The notes under the pieces: generated by a model | Databases searched by the model: none | What the model was told of the DNA's origin: nothing | What the model saw: only the letters and a program-made list of their open reading frames with translations | Program-made: the position numbers and the translations under genes | Source: Eubacteriales bacterium | GTDB lineage: Bacteria > Bacillota > Clostridia > Oscillospirales > CAG-382 | DNA length: 64,000 nucleotides | Direction: 5' to 3' | NCBI GenBank assembly: GCA_045657425.1 | Contig: JAZOTA010000081.1 | Location: 3,504-67,503, forward strand | In this document: positions 51,592-61,479 of the stretch, in pieces | How positions within the stretch are numbered: position 1 is the stretch's first letter | Layout of the letters: every line of letters begins with the position of its first letter

Positions 51592-52013
51592 TTTACTTCC
51601 TCGATTTCGATGGCTTTGTTGAGCATTTTGTCAAGTATTTCGTGGAAAAGCTTCAATTCATCCTCATCAATGCCATCGGCAAGCTTTGTATTCCAATCGA
51701 GGGTAATGTCTTTAACCTCGGGAAGGATATCGAACATTTTTTGCGTCGGGAAAACCAAGGTTTCGCGCTTGTCCGCTTCGCTTGCGTGGCGCTCAACATA
51801 GCCCTCGAGCTCTAAATGGGCAAGGTGACGCGTGACGTTTGATTTGTTTATGCAAAGGTATTGCACAAGCTTTTCCTGCGGAAGTCCCGGGTTTTTGCAT
51901 ATAGCAAGAACGTAGCTGTGATAGATTCCCGCAAGTCCGACAGTGGATTTTTCGGTGCGATAATTCGCCTCGCACCGACTGATTATGTTCATTTTCCGCA
52001 TTATCGTTGCCAT
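51588..52013 (-). CDS. MarR-family regulator
   Basis: PG..QE.L...L.INKSNVTR.L..LE..GYV.R....DKR. Confidence 0.9.
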   Translation of the reverse strand: MATIMRKMNIISRCEANYRTEKSTVGLAGIYHSYVLAICKNPGLPQEKLVQYLCINKSNVTRHLAHLELEGYVERHASEADKRETLVFPTQKMFDILPEVKDITLDWNTKLADGIDEDELKLFHEILDKMLNKAIEIEEVK

Positions 52014-52113
52014 TTTTTGCCTCTTTCAAATTAGTTGCATTTAAAACAGTTTCATTTGCAACCATTTTAACAGAAATTTTTTTGTCTGTCAATAAAGTCC
52101 TGCCATAAAAATA

Positions 52114-52142
52114 TTGACAAACAAAAAAAGATGTGATATATT
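52114..52142 (+). promoter_or_regulatory. Sigma-A promoter of tRNA-Glu
   Basis: TTGACA-N17-TATATT with TG extension. Confidence 0.8.
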
Positions 52143-52162
52143 ATTGTAGCAATCGAAAATAC

Positions 52163-52237
52163 GGCCTGTTAGTCAAGTGGTTAAGACGTCGCCCTCTCAC
52201 GGCGAAGACAGGGGTTCGACTCCCCTACGGGTCACCA
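52163..52237 (+). tRNA. tRNA-Glu(CTC)
   Basis: GGCCTGT/ACGGGTC acceptor stem, TCGCC-CTCTCAC-GGCGA anticodon arm, GTTCGACTC T-loop, encoded CCA. Confidence 0.95.
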
Positions 52238-52238
52238 C

Positions 52239-52277
52239 GAAAAAACAAACCTCACTTTATGTGGGGTTTGTTTTTTT
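52239..52277 (+). terminator. Terminator hairpin after tRNA-Glu
   Basis: GAAAAAACAAACCTCAC-TTTAT-GTGGGGTTTGTTTTTTT. Confidence 0.8.
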
Positions 52278-52289
52278 GTCTTGCAACTT

Positions 52290-52387
52290 GGGAGTCGAAG
52301 GGCGCGTGTTGAATGACAGTCCGGGGGACTGTCAGACCGCGCCACCGCTCCGCCCCGAAGGGCGGGCGACTCCCCTACGGGTCACCA
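52290..52387 (+). repeat. tRNA-linked module A, copy 2
   Basis: GGGAGTCGAA (52290-52299) is the reverse complement of tRNA 52215-52224; hairpin TGACAGTCC-GGG-GGACTGTCA at 52314-52334; 52367-52387 is identical to tRNA 52217-52237. Confidence 0.85.
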
Positions 52388-52430
52388 AAAAAGAAGTAAC
52401 TTTTGTCTACCAAAAGTTACTTCTTTTTTT
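52387..52430. terminator. Second terminator-like hairpin after the duplicated CCA
   Basis: AAAAAAGAAGTAACTTTTG-TCTAC-CAAAAGTTACTTCTTTTTT. Confidence 0.75.
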
Positions 52431-52613
52431 ATCCAAGCCGCAGGCTTGGTATATCATCACCGCGCAAAGCGTGGTGTATATCATCAGCCCTTCGGGCTGT
52501 ATCTCATCACGCTCAGCGTGCATTTTTACCTGCGGCTTGATGATATGCAAAACTTTGTTTTGATGATATGCAATTCCTTCGGAATTGATGATATACAAGG
52601 CTTCGCCTTGATT
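52430..52613. ncRNA. tRNA-linked module B, copy 2
   Basis: Same order of repeats and hairpins as 44601-44784, with different but still paired hairpin sequences. Confidence 0.65.
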
Positions 52614-52636
52614 TGTTTTCAGAAAAGTGATATGAT
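52608..52636 (+). promoter_or_regulatory. Outward promoter at the end of module B copy 2 (no downstream gene)
   Basis: TTGATT-N17-TATGAT with TGn extension. Confidence 0.5.
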
Positions 52637-52706
52637 TAGGTCGATAAATAAGAATTTGGTAACGAGGCGTAAATCAAAAACAACCGCTTACAAAAGCATT
52701 AAACAA

Positions 52707-52732
52707 AAAACAGACGGTTGCCCGTCTGTTTT
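52707..52732. terminator. Bidirectional terminator
   Basis: AAAACAGACGG-TTGC-CCGTCTGTTTT. Confidence 0.75.
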
Positions 52733-52744
52733 GTTTATTTGATA

Positions 52745-53464
52745 TTAAAGACCTTTTGCTCTTAACTTTCTGTCCTTGTTATCTTGGATCTTGCCGTAAA
52801 CGCCGTAGCCGATATACATACCGATAAAGCTTACAGGACCTATGGTTGTGAAGTAGTTAAGCGAAAGCATTGTGGAAACGTAGTCCAAAAGAATAAGTAC
52901 GCAGTGGAGAAGGATTGCAAAGAGAATACCCATTGCGATCTTGAATACCTTGTTGGAAACGTTATCGTGATTTTCCCACGAAAGGATCATAAGGTTGCCT
53001 GCGAAGCCGAGAATTACGCCGCAGAGGATCAACGAATAGATGCCGAAGGTCATGGGATACGATTCTTCATAAAACGCCTGAGGAAGCTTGATGATAAATT
53101 CACGGTCCATCATTGTGGGAACCTCACCGGTTTTGGGGTCAGCCGCACCGTTAGGGATAATATCAAGGATGAACATAGGCGCAATGATTAATACAATGAA
53201 AAGCAACGCGAGAAGGAAACGCGCACGTCCGCTGAATTTAGCGGCTCTTTTCTTGGTAACCTTGAAAATAATGGAGGGGATGGCAAGCACCAACGCTCCG
53301 ACGACCGCGCCCAAAGTAAATAAAGAAGAAATTCCAAAAAGCTTTGCGATTTCAATCGCAGATTCGGTATTTAAAATTGCAAATATTACGATAAATGCAA
53401 TAACTACTGCCGAAATTAAGATAAGTTTTGCGTTTTTACGCAATACCGACATTACTTTAGACAT
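52745..53464 (-). CDS. Hypothetical multi-pass membrane protein
   Basis: About six TM helices; AAGGAG RBS. Confidence 0.75.
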   Translation of the reverse strand: MSKVMSVLRKNAKLILISAVVIAFIVIFAILNTESAIEIAKLFGISSLFTLGAVVGALVLAIPSIIFKVTKKRAAKFSGRARFLLALLFIVLIIAPMFILDIIPNGAADPKTGEVPTMMDREFIIKLPQAFYEESYPMTFGIYSLILCGVILGFAGNLMILSWENHDNVSNKVFKIAMGILFAILLHCVLILLDYVSTMLSLNYFTTIGPVSFIGMYIGYGVYGKIQDNKDRKLRAKGL

Positions 53465-53637
53465 GATCTAAAACACTCCTTGCATAATTGTGGAATTAGT
53501 TAATATTACTATATCACAGTCTTTTCGCAATGTCAAGTTTTTTTAACAATAACAACAGAAATGCCCGAAGGTTTACACCAACGGGCTTTTCTGCTGCTTT
53601 TCAACTATCAAAAGGAGAAACCTTGATAATGACTTAA

Positions 53638-56600
53638 TTAGAATTGTTCGCGTTTTTTATTAAGGTGGGTCGCAAACGTTACCACCGCGCCGCCGCTTAC
53701 CAAAAGGAGGAGTATCCAAGGAAGCGTTTCACTTGCGTCGCCGGGCTTTACAACGCTGTAAACGTTAACGAATTCAGCGGTGTAGGCATTTTCGGCAACG
53801 CCGTTTTTGGTAACAGTCGCAATCAAGCCTTTGCCCGTTTCGTCGTAATCAACCGCAATTTCAAAGACGTATTCGGTCTTGTCATAGGTAACACCGACAA
53901 TTCCGCCGTTGACCTCGGTCATAACGTAGGTATAAACCTTATTCACGTCGGCTTCCTTGAAGGTAAGCTTAAATTGCGCCTTGCCGTTTGCGTCGGTAAC
54001 CACTCTGCCCATTTCAACGCCGTCACGGGTGAGCACGAACTCGAATCCGTTTGCGCCGAAGGGCTCGTCGGTTTCGTTGATAACGGTTTTGTTCACGTTA
54101 AGCACAACGTCTGCCGAAAGCTCGCTGTATTTGTTCACGAAAACAACGGTTTCGGTCGCGTTTCCGTCTGCCTTTTGCATTGAAACGTCTGCCAACAGCG
54201 CACCCGAAAGGTTGTCGCTGATTTCAACCTTGATGCGGTATACGGTAGCATCGTAGGTGATGCTTGCCAAGCCGCCGTCGGTTTCGGTTATGACGTAATA
54301 TTTTGTGCCGACCTCGTTATATTCAAGCATCGGGAACATAAAGCTTCCGTCTGCCTTGTTGGTAACGGTAACGGGAGTAAGTCCTTCGGTTGCGAAATCC
54401 GAATCGGTTTCGTAAAGATTGAACTTAAATTCGCCGTCTGCAAGGTCGCGTCCTTCAAGCTGTTTATTTCCGTTGAACTCAACGCTTACAGATTTTGCCG
54501 AATATTTGTTTTCAAAAGCAACGCTTTGTACGCTCTGATCGTTGCGGATATATTCAACCGAGGTGATCTTCAAAGCGCCCGAATTATCGTCCTCAACTGT
54601 TACGTCGATTCTGTAAATTGCGGTATCGTAAGCGATTCCGCCCAGAGCACCGCCGATTTCGGTGATTCTGAAGCTGTAAACACCAACCTTATCAAAGGTG
54701 ACGGGAGCGAATTCAAAGGTGCCGTCAGCACTGTTCTTAACCTTTTCGATGATTGCATCGGTGCCGAGGTTGTAAAGCTCGAATTCAAACTCGCCTGCGT
54801 TAAGAGGTCTGCCAAGCAATGTCTTAAGACCGCCGAAGGTGTAAGCGGTTTCTTTTGCCGAATAGCTGTTTACAAACACGATTTCTTCAACCGCGTCACC
54901 TGCCTTTTCGTAAGTAACGACTGCAACAAGGTTGCCCTTAAGGTCGTCGGTTACGGTGACGGTTATGGTATAAACCGCTTCGTCATAGGTAATGCCGCCG
55001 AGAGTGCCCTTGATTTCGCTTACCTCGTAAACGTAAACGCCTGCCTTGTCAAAGGTGAGTGCGGTGAATCGGAACGCGCCGTCCTTATCGTTGGTAACCG
55101 TTTCGGAAACGCCGTTTCCGTTAAGAACGAACGAGAATTCGTCTGCGTTCATCTCGCGTCCGTTAAGGACCTTGTTACCGCCGAGGGTAACGGTTGCTTC
55201 CTTTGCATTGTATTTATTGGTGAAAATAATTCCGCTTGTCGGTTCACTGCCGAGAGCATATTCGACCGATGCGATATTCAATTCGCCGTTTTTGCCGTCT
55301 TCAACTGTAACTGTTACGGTATAAACGCTTTCATCGTAAGTGATTCCGCCAAGGTCGCCCTTCACCTCTTTAACGGTATAGGTGTAAACACCTGCTTTAT
55401 CGTAGGAGATAGCGGTAAAGTTTATTGCGCCGCCGAGCTTATTGGTTACCGCTTCGAGCAGATTTTGTTCGGAATCGTAAAGCTCGAAGCTGAATTCCTC
55501 GCCAAGCTCTCTGCCGTCAAGCACCTTGGTACCCGAAATTGCATAGTCAACGCCGTTTGCCGAATAGCTGTTTTCAAATGCGACAGAATCAACCTTTTCG
55601 CCGTTGAGTTGATATACAACACTTGATATAAGGTTGCCCTTGAGGTCATCGGTTACGGTGACGGTCACGTTATAGACCTTGCCGTCATAGCTGATACCGC
55701 CAAGGTTGCCCTGAACCTCGTTTACGGTGTAATTGTAAACGCCGACCTTGTTAAATTCGAGTGCGGCGAAGCCAAACGAGCCGTCGAGCGCATTTTTAAC
55801 CGTTTCAACAACCTCGCCGTTTTCATCCTTGAGAACGAATTCGAATTCATTTTCGTTCAGTTCTCTGCCCGAAAGCGTCTTGTTGCCCGTAATGACCGCA
55901 GTTGCGCCCGATGCAACGTAGGAGTTGTTAAATTCAAGCTCGCCCTTGCCGTCGATGCTGACGCTTGCAACAAGGTGTCCCTTGAGATCGTCGGTTACGG
56001 TAACGGTTACGTTGTAAACTGTTTCGTCATAGGTGATACCGCCGAGATCGCCCTTGACCTCGTTTACGGTGTAATTGTAAACGCCTGCTTTGTTAAACTT
56101 AAGCGAGGAGAAGCCAAAGCTTCCGTCACGGGAATTTTGAACGGTTTCGGAAATGCCGTTTCCGTTAAGGGTGAACGAGAATTCTTTTTCGTTCATTTCT
56201 CTGCCGGAAAGCGTCTTTTTGCCCGAAAGCTTAATTTCGGTCGGAGCCGCGTGATAGCTGTTTTTAAAGGTCAAGCCGTCGACAACTGTCTGTCCCTTGT
56301 GGTATTCCACGCTTGCAATGAGCTTGCCGTTGCCGTTATCAACAACCTTTACGATTACCGAATAAACGGTCGAGTCGTAGGTCACGCCGCCAAGACCGTT
56401 GTGCTTTTCGGTGACGGTGTAGTGATAGGTATCTGCCGCACGGTATTCACGCGGTGAGAATTTGAAATTGCCGTTTGCATCGTTGTAAACGGTTTCGAGA
56501 ACACGTCCGTTGCCTGTGTTGGTGAGAACGAATTCAAATTCGTTTGCAACCAAATCTCTGCCCGAAAGCGTGTTTGTTCCTTCAAATTCCACGTATGCCG

Positions 56601-59600
56601 GAGATGCCGTGTAGGTGTTTACAAACACGATGGAGGTTGCAGCCGAGGAGCCCTTTCTGTAAGCGACGGAAGCATGCAGCTTGCCGTGTCCGTCGTCGAT
56701 TACGGTAACGGTTACTCGGAACACGCTCTTGTCATAGCTGATGCCGCCGAGCTTGCCGTCGACTTCAACAACAGTGTAATTGTAAACGCCTGCTTTGGTG
56801 TAATCGAGTTTATCGAAGGTGAAGATATTTTTAATATTTTTAGCGGACGAAATGACATTGCCGTCTGCATCGACGAGATTGAATTCGAACTCGCCGTCCT
56901 TAAGATCTCTGCCCGAAAGCACCTTTTCACCCTTAAGGTTTACCGATACGGAAGCCGCCTTGTATTCGTTTACAAATTCGATTTTGTCAACCGCCTTGCC
57001 GTTTGCGGTGATAACGCTGTTTGCGACAAGAGCTGCGCCGTCTGCTTTTACATCGACGGTTACGTTGTATTGGGTTTTATCATAGCTTACGCCGCCGAGT
57101 GCCAAATCGTTTTCAACGATAACGTAATATTTGACTCCCACCGTGTCATAGCTGAGAAGCGAGAAGGAGAACGAGCCGTCATGTTGAGCCCAAACCGTTT
57201 CAAACGGAGCGATGCCCTCGATGTTAAAGGAAGCATCGGTTTCGTAAATCGAGAACGAAAATTCGTTTTCGTTAAGGATTCTGCCGTTTAAAACCTTGTT
57301 GCCGCTGAGAATAAGCGATGCATCGGTGGGGTCATAGACGTTGGTAAAGGAAAATTCAGCGTTATCGGTCTTTTCGCCGTTGATGAGAGTGCCGACCGTT
57401 CCGTCGAGATTGTCGACGAATTCGATAACGAGCTCATATTCCGAAGTGCTGTAGGTCATACCCGAAATAGGAGTTGCGTGGATATCCTCTTTAAGGATAT
57501 ATGTAACGGTTGTTCCGACCGCATTTACGGGGAACGAAAGGTCTATATATGCCTTACCGTTTACGTCGGTGAGGTTGGACGTAACTACCTTGCTTCCGTT
57601 TTCATCGTAAAGCGAAAAGCTAAAGCCGTTTTTGCCGATGGTAGCGCCCGAGGGTGCGGAAATTTCTTTGTTGATGTTGATTTCAATCTCTGCGCCGACC
57701 GTGGGAGCATAGGAGTTGGCAAAGGTTGCGTTAACATTCCAATCGCCGTTTACCTTGCTTACTGTTACGGGAGCGATAGAATCAACGTCGGATATTTCAA
57801 GCTTGCCGTCCATATCGCTGTCGGTTACGGCGATGCCGAAGTGACGGAGAGTGGTATCGTAGCTCATACCGGGGATGCCGTTGCCGAGCTCTTTATCGTT
57901 GACCTCGCTGATAACGTAGCTGTAATAGCCAGCTTCGGTGATGCGCTCGGTCGAAAGGTCCATAACCGCAACGAGCTTGCCGTTTTGAACGTCACGCATT
58001 GCGGTAACGGTAACGCGGTCGACCTCGTCGTGGTGGTCGCCCTCATGACCGTTGTAGCGTTCAAGAAGGAATTCGAATTTGTCGCCTTCCTTGAAATCTC
58101 TGCCCAAAAGCTCCTTGATGACCGAAACCTCAACGTTGGGGGTTACAGGCTCGGGAACGTAATTGTTTACAAGCGATGCGGTTGCGTTTGCATCGGCAAC
58201 TATCGTTCCGTTAAGGTTTTTACTGTTGTCGGAAATCGAAAATCCGTCAGGAAGCACATTCTCGGTAACGCTGTATTTCGTTCCCTCGGGGATGCCGTGA
58301 ATCGAAATGCTTTCGCCGTGCGCGAGCTTGAAATTGATTCTGCCGTTTTCGTCTGCCGAAACGGTGGTCGCGCCCTTGGAGGTAACCGCTTCGTAGACCT
58401 GATTTGCAACGTTTACGCCGTCAAGCGTAACCGAAATATCAAATTCAAGCTCCGAGGGGACCTTGTAATCGCTTCCGAAGGGGTGGGTTACCGTCTTTTG
58501 AATGATAAGACTGCCCTTTACGATGGGAGTGTTTGTAAATTCAACGCTATCGATAAAATAAGCTGTGACCTTGCCCTCTGCCAAGCCGTTTTCTGCCGCT
58601 TTTCCGTTTACCGAAACCGTTTTCACCTGATATGCACTATGTGCAACCTCGGCAACCGAATATTCGGTATTTTCGGGGATGCCGATGATATAAAGCGTTT
58701 TGCCTGCGGGAACGGTAACCTTCATTTCGCCGTTGACAACGTCAGCGGTGCCCTCGGTTCCCTCGTATTCGCCGATATCCGCAAGGATATAGGAATAGCT
58801 GTCCGCAAGGGTTGCGCCGTTAGTTTTAAGCTTAACGATAAATTCAAAATCTCTGCTCGCGCCCGGCTCGACCGCTTCAAGCGTTTTCGAGATAGCGATA
58901 CCCTGTGCAGGAGTGAAATCGATTCTGCCGTTGTTACCGAGCAGGCTGTGCTCCTCATAGGAGGAAACGGTTTGCTGAACGTAGGGGTTATTTGAATATC
59001 CGAGCGATTCGGTCCTGTTTTCGTCCTTATTTATTACATAGCTGTCAACAAGGTGGCTGACGGTACCCATAGGGATATACCAAGTGCCGTCGTCACGCTG
59101 CTTCTTTTCCTCGAGAACCGCGTTGGTAAGCGCTTCGTATTCGATAACCATTTCTGCGGCATTACCGTCGTTTGCATTTTCGGTAAGTGCGAAAACAACT
59201 CTTCGGCGGTAATATTCGGTTGCGGAATTAAATCCCGATGCGTTTCTGTAGGAAACGACCTCGTATCCGCCGTTGCCGTCGGAAGCATAGATATCACAAT
59301 CCTCGTTGAAGTAATATCTTTCGTTTTCAACCGAGGGTGCAAAGGTAACCTTTGTGCCGATATCGTTAAGAACGTTGCCGTTGTCTTCCCAACGGTTGGT
59401 CCAGAAGCGGTATCCGTTTGCGGTTTTGAACTTACTGTCCGCCGCCGCCATAATGCTGTTGATATTAAGCTCGTTGATATCCGAGCGAAGTCCCGTTTCA
59501 AAAACGAGTCGGATAGGCGATGCTTCGAGAATCTCAAGCTCGATATCGGTTGCGTTTTCAACGCTGTTGCCCTCGAGCGAAACGCTGTAGGTCACCATAG

Positions 59601-61434
59601 GAACAAGCGAAGCAGGGATTTTCCAAACAACCGCTTGGTGTCCGCTCTTTATGTTGGTGTGAACCTGCACCGACATATACATCATATCGCTGTCCTTGAT
59701 GTTGCCCTCTGCTCTGCCCAAGAAGCCATAAGAACGGTTGATATAAACCGCATCCGCAGGGTGGTTTGTCATTCCCTCGTGCCAGAAGGAGTGATAACTG
59801 CCGTCTGCCTTTGCGTACCAGCCGATATAGTTCGAGAAATCGTCGTCGGAATTATAATAAAGCTGTTTGTAGTGTACCGCAAGCGCCGCAAGGTCTTGCG
59901 CGTCCTTTGTGTCGGCTATGCCGATACGGGACTTGATTGCGCCGATAAATTCGTGACCGAGCTCGGTCGGATTATCAAGCGTGCCCAAGCCGTCTGCGGA
60001 GGTGTTGATTTTGGAGGTGAGCATTGCGCCGTCGAAAAGAACGTTGCCGAGAAGGATACCCTTAATATCCTTTACCTCCATATATTCGCCGATATAGTCC
60101 TCGAAGGTGATATATCCCGAAAAGTCGGGTGTGCCGCCCTGAAGGTGGGTGGGATAATAACGCGATTGGAAGATTATTTCATCAACAACCGCTTGGAATT
60201 TTTCGATAAGGCCTTGGCTGTTCGATGCAAAGAATGCGCCGTCGGCATAATCTATCGATTCGGTATCAAGCGTCGAATTGCGCGAAACCGAAACGGTGGT
60301 CGTGGTGACTCGGTAATTCCTGCCGTATGCAGGGACCGATACCGCAAGAGTTCCGCGATTTGTAAGGCGGAAATAGCTGTCCCAAAGATCTTGAGTGTTG
60401 CCTACGGGATCAAGAACGCTCATTGCATCGTCAAGCTCGTCTTCTTCGATGCCTTCGGTAAGACCGAGAGAATAAAACAGCGCTTTTCTGCCGTATTTTT
60501 CCTCAACTACCTCGCGCGAGTATGCCGCGGTAAGCTGAGTGAGAAATGCCATGCCCTCGTTGGTATGTGCGCCTGTGCCGGAACTGTATTCGGTCGGACG
60601 AGCATAATTGCCCGTGCCGTAGGTAGGCGCGCCGTCGGACATAAGCACGAATATCGGAATTCTGGGGGTGCCTGCTTGGAAGCCATCCTGAATGGTAACG
60701 TCGTCAATGCCGTTAAACTGCTGTAACGCACCGTAAATACCGCCCTGAATAAAGGTGCCGCCGATTACCTGTCTTTTGCCGCTAACGCTTTCGCCCTTGC
60801 TGTTTTTTACGTGAGAAACGTTGCGCCTCGAGCCTCGGTCGTAATATTCGGCAATGCCGATATATTCCTCGTCATCACTCGACGAATACGAAAGGAAATT
60901 GCCGTTTTCCTCGGTGGTGACGTATCTGTCAAGAGGCAACAGAGTGGTTGCGCTGTCGGAATAAAGAATAATGCCTATGCGGTTATAGTTGTTAAGCGCC
61001 ATAAGCGATTTTATGGAAGCGTTGGTTGCATCGACCAACGCCTGAGTGCGGCCCTTCATCGAGCCCGAAACGTCAAGTATAAACATTGTATCGCTCGGGA
61101 GATGGGTGTAGCCGACGATGGTTTTGTTCGCAGCTATCGCCGAAAGCGCAACGAGGAAATTGTTTTCGCCGTCAAGCTCGATAGTTCCCTCGGGGAAAGC
61201 ACTCGCATCGGTAAACACCGATTTGTCGGTCCAAACACCGCCTGCGTAGTTGCTGTGAGTTACGTCAGAACCGAACCATTGCTTCCAACCGTCCATTGTG
61301 GGATTATCTGCAATCTTGTTGCTCATCGCTTCGGGGCTTACCGCCGAAACGATTGGCACAAGCATAAATACCATTATTGCGGCAACTATGCCCGATATAA
61401 TGCGTTGGAGCGCACCGTAGTTTTTTTCTTCCAT
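53638..61434 (-). CDS. Large cell-surface adhesin: vWA domain, about 12 Spy0128/FctA-like Ig repeats, sortase-like tail
   Basis: Signal peptide; MIDAS DVSGS..GGT..SDG; repeats G.K.L.GR.L...EF.F...GVY.YTV.E..G..GGI.YD...F.N.Y; KPGD, TM helix and basic tail. Confidence 0.88.
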   Translation of the reverse strand: MEEKNYGALQRIISGIVAAIMVFMLVPIVSAVSPEAMSNKIADNPTMDGWKQWFGSDVTHSNYAGGVWTDKSVFTDASAFPEGTIELDGENNFLVALSAIAANKTIVGYTHLPSDTMFILDVSGSMKGRTQALVDATNASIKSLMALNNYNRIGIILYSDSATTLLPLDRYVTTEENGNFLSYSSSDDEEYIGIAEYYDRGSRRNVSHVKNSKGESVSGKRQVIGGTFIQGGIYGALQQFNGIDDVTIQDGFQAGTPRIPIFVLMSDGAPTYGTGNYARPTEYSSGTGAHTNEGMAFLTQLTAAYSREVVEEKYGRKALFYSLGLTEGIEEDELDDAMSVLDPVGNTQDLWDSYFRLTNRGTLAVSVPAYGRNYRVTTTTVSVSRNSTLDTESIDYADGAFFASNSQGLIEKFQAVVDEIIFQSRYYPTHLQGGTPDFSGYITFEDYIGEYMEVKDIKGILLGNVLFDGAMLTSKINTSADGLGTLDNPTELGHEFIGAIKSRIGIADTKDAQDLAALAVHYKQLYYNSDDDFSNYIGWYAKADGSYHSFWHEGMTNHPADAVYINRSYGFLGRAEGNIKDSDMMYMSVQVHTNIKSGHQAVVWKIPASLVPMVTYSVSLEGNSVENATDIELEILEASPIRLVFETGLRSDINELNINSIMAAADSKFKTANGYRFWTNRWEDNGNVLNDIGTKVTFAPSVENERYYFNEDCDIYASDGNGGYEVVSYRNASGFNSATEYYRRRVVFALTENANDGNAAEMVIEYEALTNAVLEEKKQRDDGTWYIPMGTVSHLVDSYVINKDENRTESLGYSNNPYVQQTVSSYEEHSLLGNNGRIDFTPAQGIAISKTLEAVEPGASRDFEFIVKLKTNGATLADSYSYILADIGEYEGTEGTADVVNGEMKVTVPAGKTLYIIGIPENTEYSVAEVAHSAYQVKTVSVNGKAAENGLAEGKVTAYFIDSVEFTNTPIVKGSLIIQKTVTHPFGSDYKVPSELEFDISVTLDGVNVANQVYEAVTSKGATTVSADENGRINFKLAHGESISIHGIPEGTKYSVTENVLPDGFSISDNSKNLNGTIVADANATASLVNNYVPEPVTPNVEVSVIKELLGRDFKEGDKFEFLLERYNGHEGDHHDEVDRVTVTAMRDVQNGKLVAVMDLSTERITEAGYYSYVISEVNDKELGNGIPGMSYDTTLRHFGIAVTDSDMDGKLEISDVDSIAPVTVSKVNGDWNVNATFANSYAPTVGAEIEININKEISAPSGATIGKNGFSFSLYDENGSKVVTSNLTDVNGKAYIDLSFPVNAVGTTVTYILKEDIHATPISGMTYSTSEYELVIEFVDNLDGTVGTLINGEKTDNAEFSFTNVYDPTDASLILSGNKVLNGRILNENEFSFSIYETDASFNIEGIAPFETVWAQHDGSFSFSLLSYDTVGVKYYVIVENDLALGGVSYDKTQYNVTVDVKADGAALVANSVITANGKAVDKIEFVNEYKAASVSVNLKGEKVLSGRDLKDGEFEFNLVDADGNVISSAKNIKNIFTFDKLDYTKAGVYNYTVVEVDGKLGGISYDKSVFRVTVTVIDDGHGKLHASVAYRKGSSAATSIVFVNTYTASPAYVEFEGTNTLSGRDLVANEFEFVLTNTGNGRVLETVYNDANGNFKFSPREYRAADTYHYTVTEKHNGLGGVTYDSTVYSVIVKVVDNGNGKLIASVEYHKGQTVVDGLTFKNSYHAAPTEIKLSGKKTLSGREMNEKEFSFTLNGNGISETVQNSRDGSFGFSSLKFNKAGVYNYTVNEVKGDLGGITYDETVYNVTVTVTDDLKGHLVASVSIDGKGELEFNNSYVASGATAVITGNKTLSGRELNENEFEFVLKDENGEVVETVKNALDGSFGFAALEFNKVGVYNYTVNEVQGNLGGISYDGKVYNVTVTVTDDLKGNLISSVVYQLNGEKVDSVAFENSYSANGVDYAISGTKVLDGRELGEEFSFELYDSEQNLLEAVTNKLGGAINFTAISYDKAGVYTYTVKEVKGDLGGITYDESVYTVTVTVEDGKNGELNIASVEYALGSEPTSGIIFTNKYNAKEATVTLGGNKVLNGREMNADEFSFVLNGNGVSETVTNDKDGAFRFTALTFDKAGVYVYEVSEIKGTLGGITYDEAVYTITVTVTDDLKGNLVAVVTYEKAGDAVEEIVFVNSYSAKETAYTFGGLKTLLGRPLNAGEFEFELYNLGTDAIIEKVKNSADGTFEFAPVTFDKVGVYSFRITEIGGALGGIAYDTAIYRIDVTVEDDNSGALKITSVEYIRNDQSVQSVAFENKYSAKSVSVEFNGNKQLEGRDLADGEFKFNLYETDSDFATEGLTPVTVTNKADGSFMFPMLEYNEVGTKYYVITETDGGLASITYDATVYRIKVEISDNLSGALLADVSMQKADGNATETVVFVNKYSELSADVVLNVNKTVINETDEPFGANGFEFVLTRDGVEMGRVVTDANGKAQFKLTFKEADVNKVYTYVMTEVNGGIVGVTYDKTEYVFEIAVDYDETGKGLIATVTKNGVAENAYTAEFVNVYSVVKPGDASETLPWILLLLVSGGAVVTFATHLNKKREQF

Positions 61435-61479
61435 TGTTTGTTCCTCCTGTGGTTGAAAAGCAAGTTGAAAAAGCAGTTT

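Noticed and set aside
48081-52013. MarR-ABC operon as an acquired resistance element
   Set aside because: Ordinary heterodimeric exporter operon with host-like composition and no mobility genes.
44383-52162. Genomic island or prophage between the two tRNAs
   Set aside because: Each duplicated tRNA end lies within 180 bp of its own tRNA, there is no integrase, and most intervening genes look host-like.
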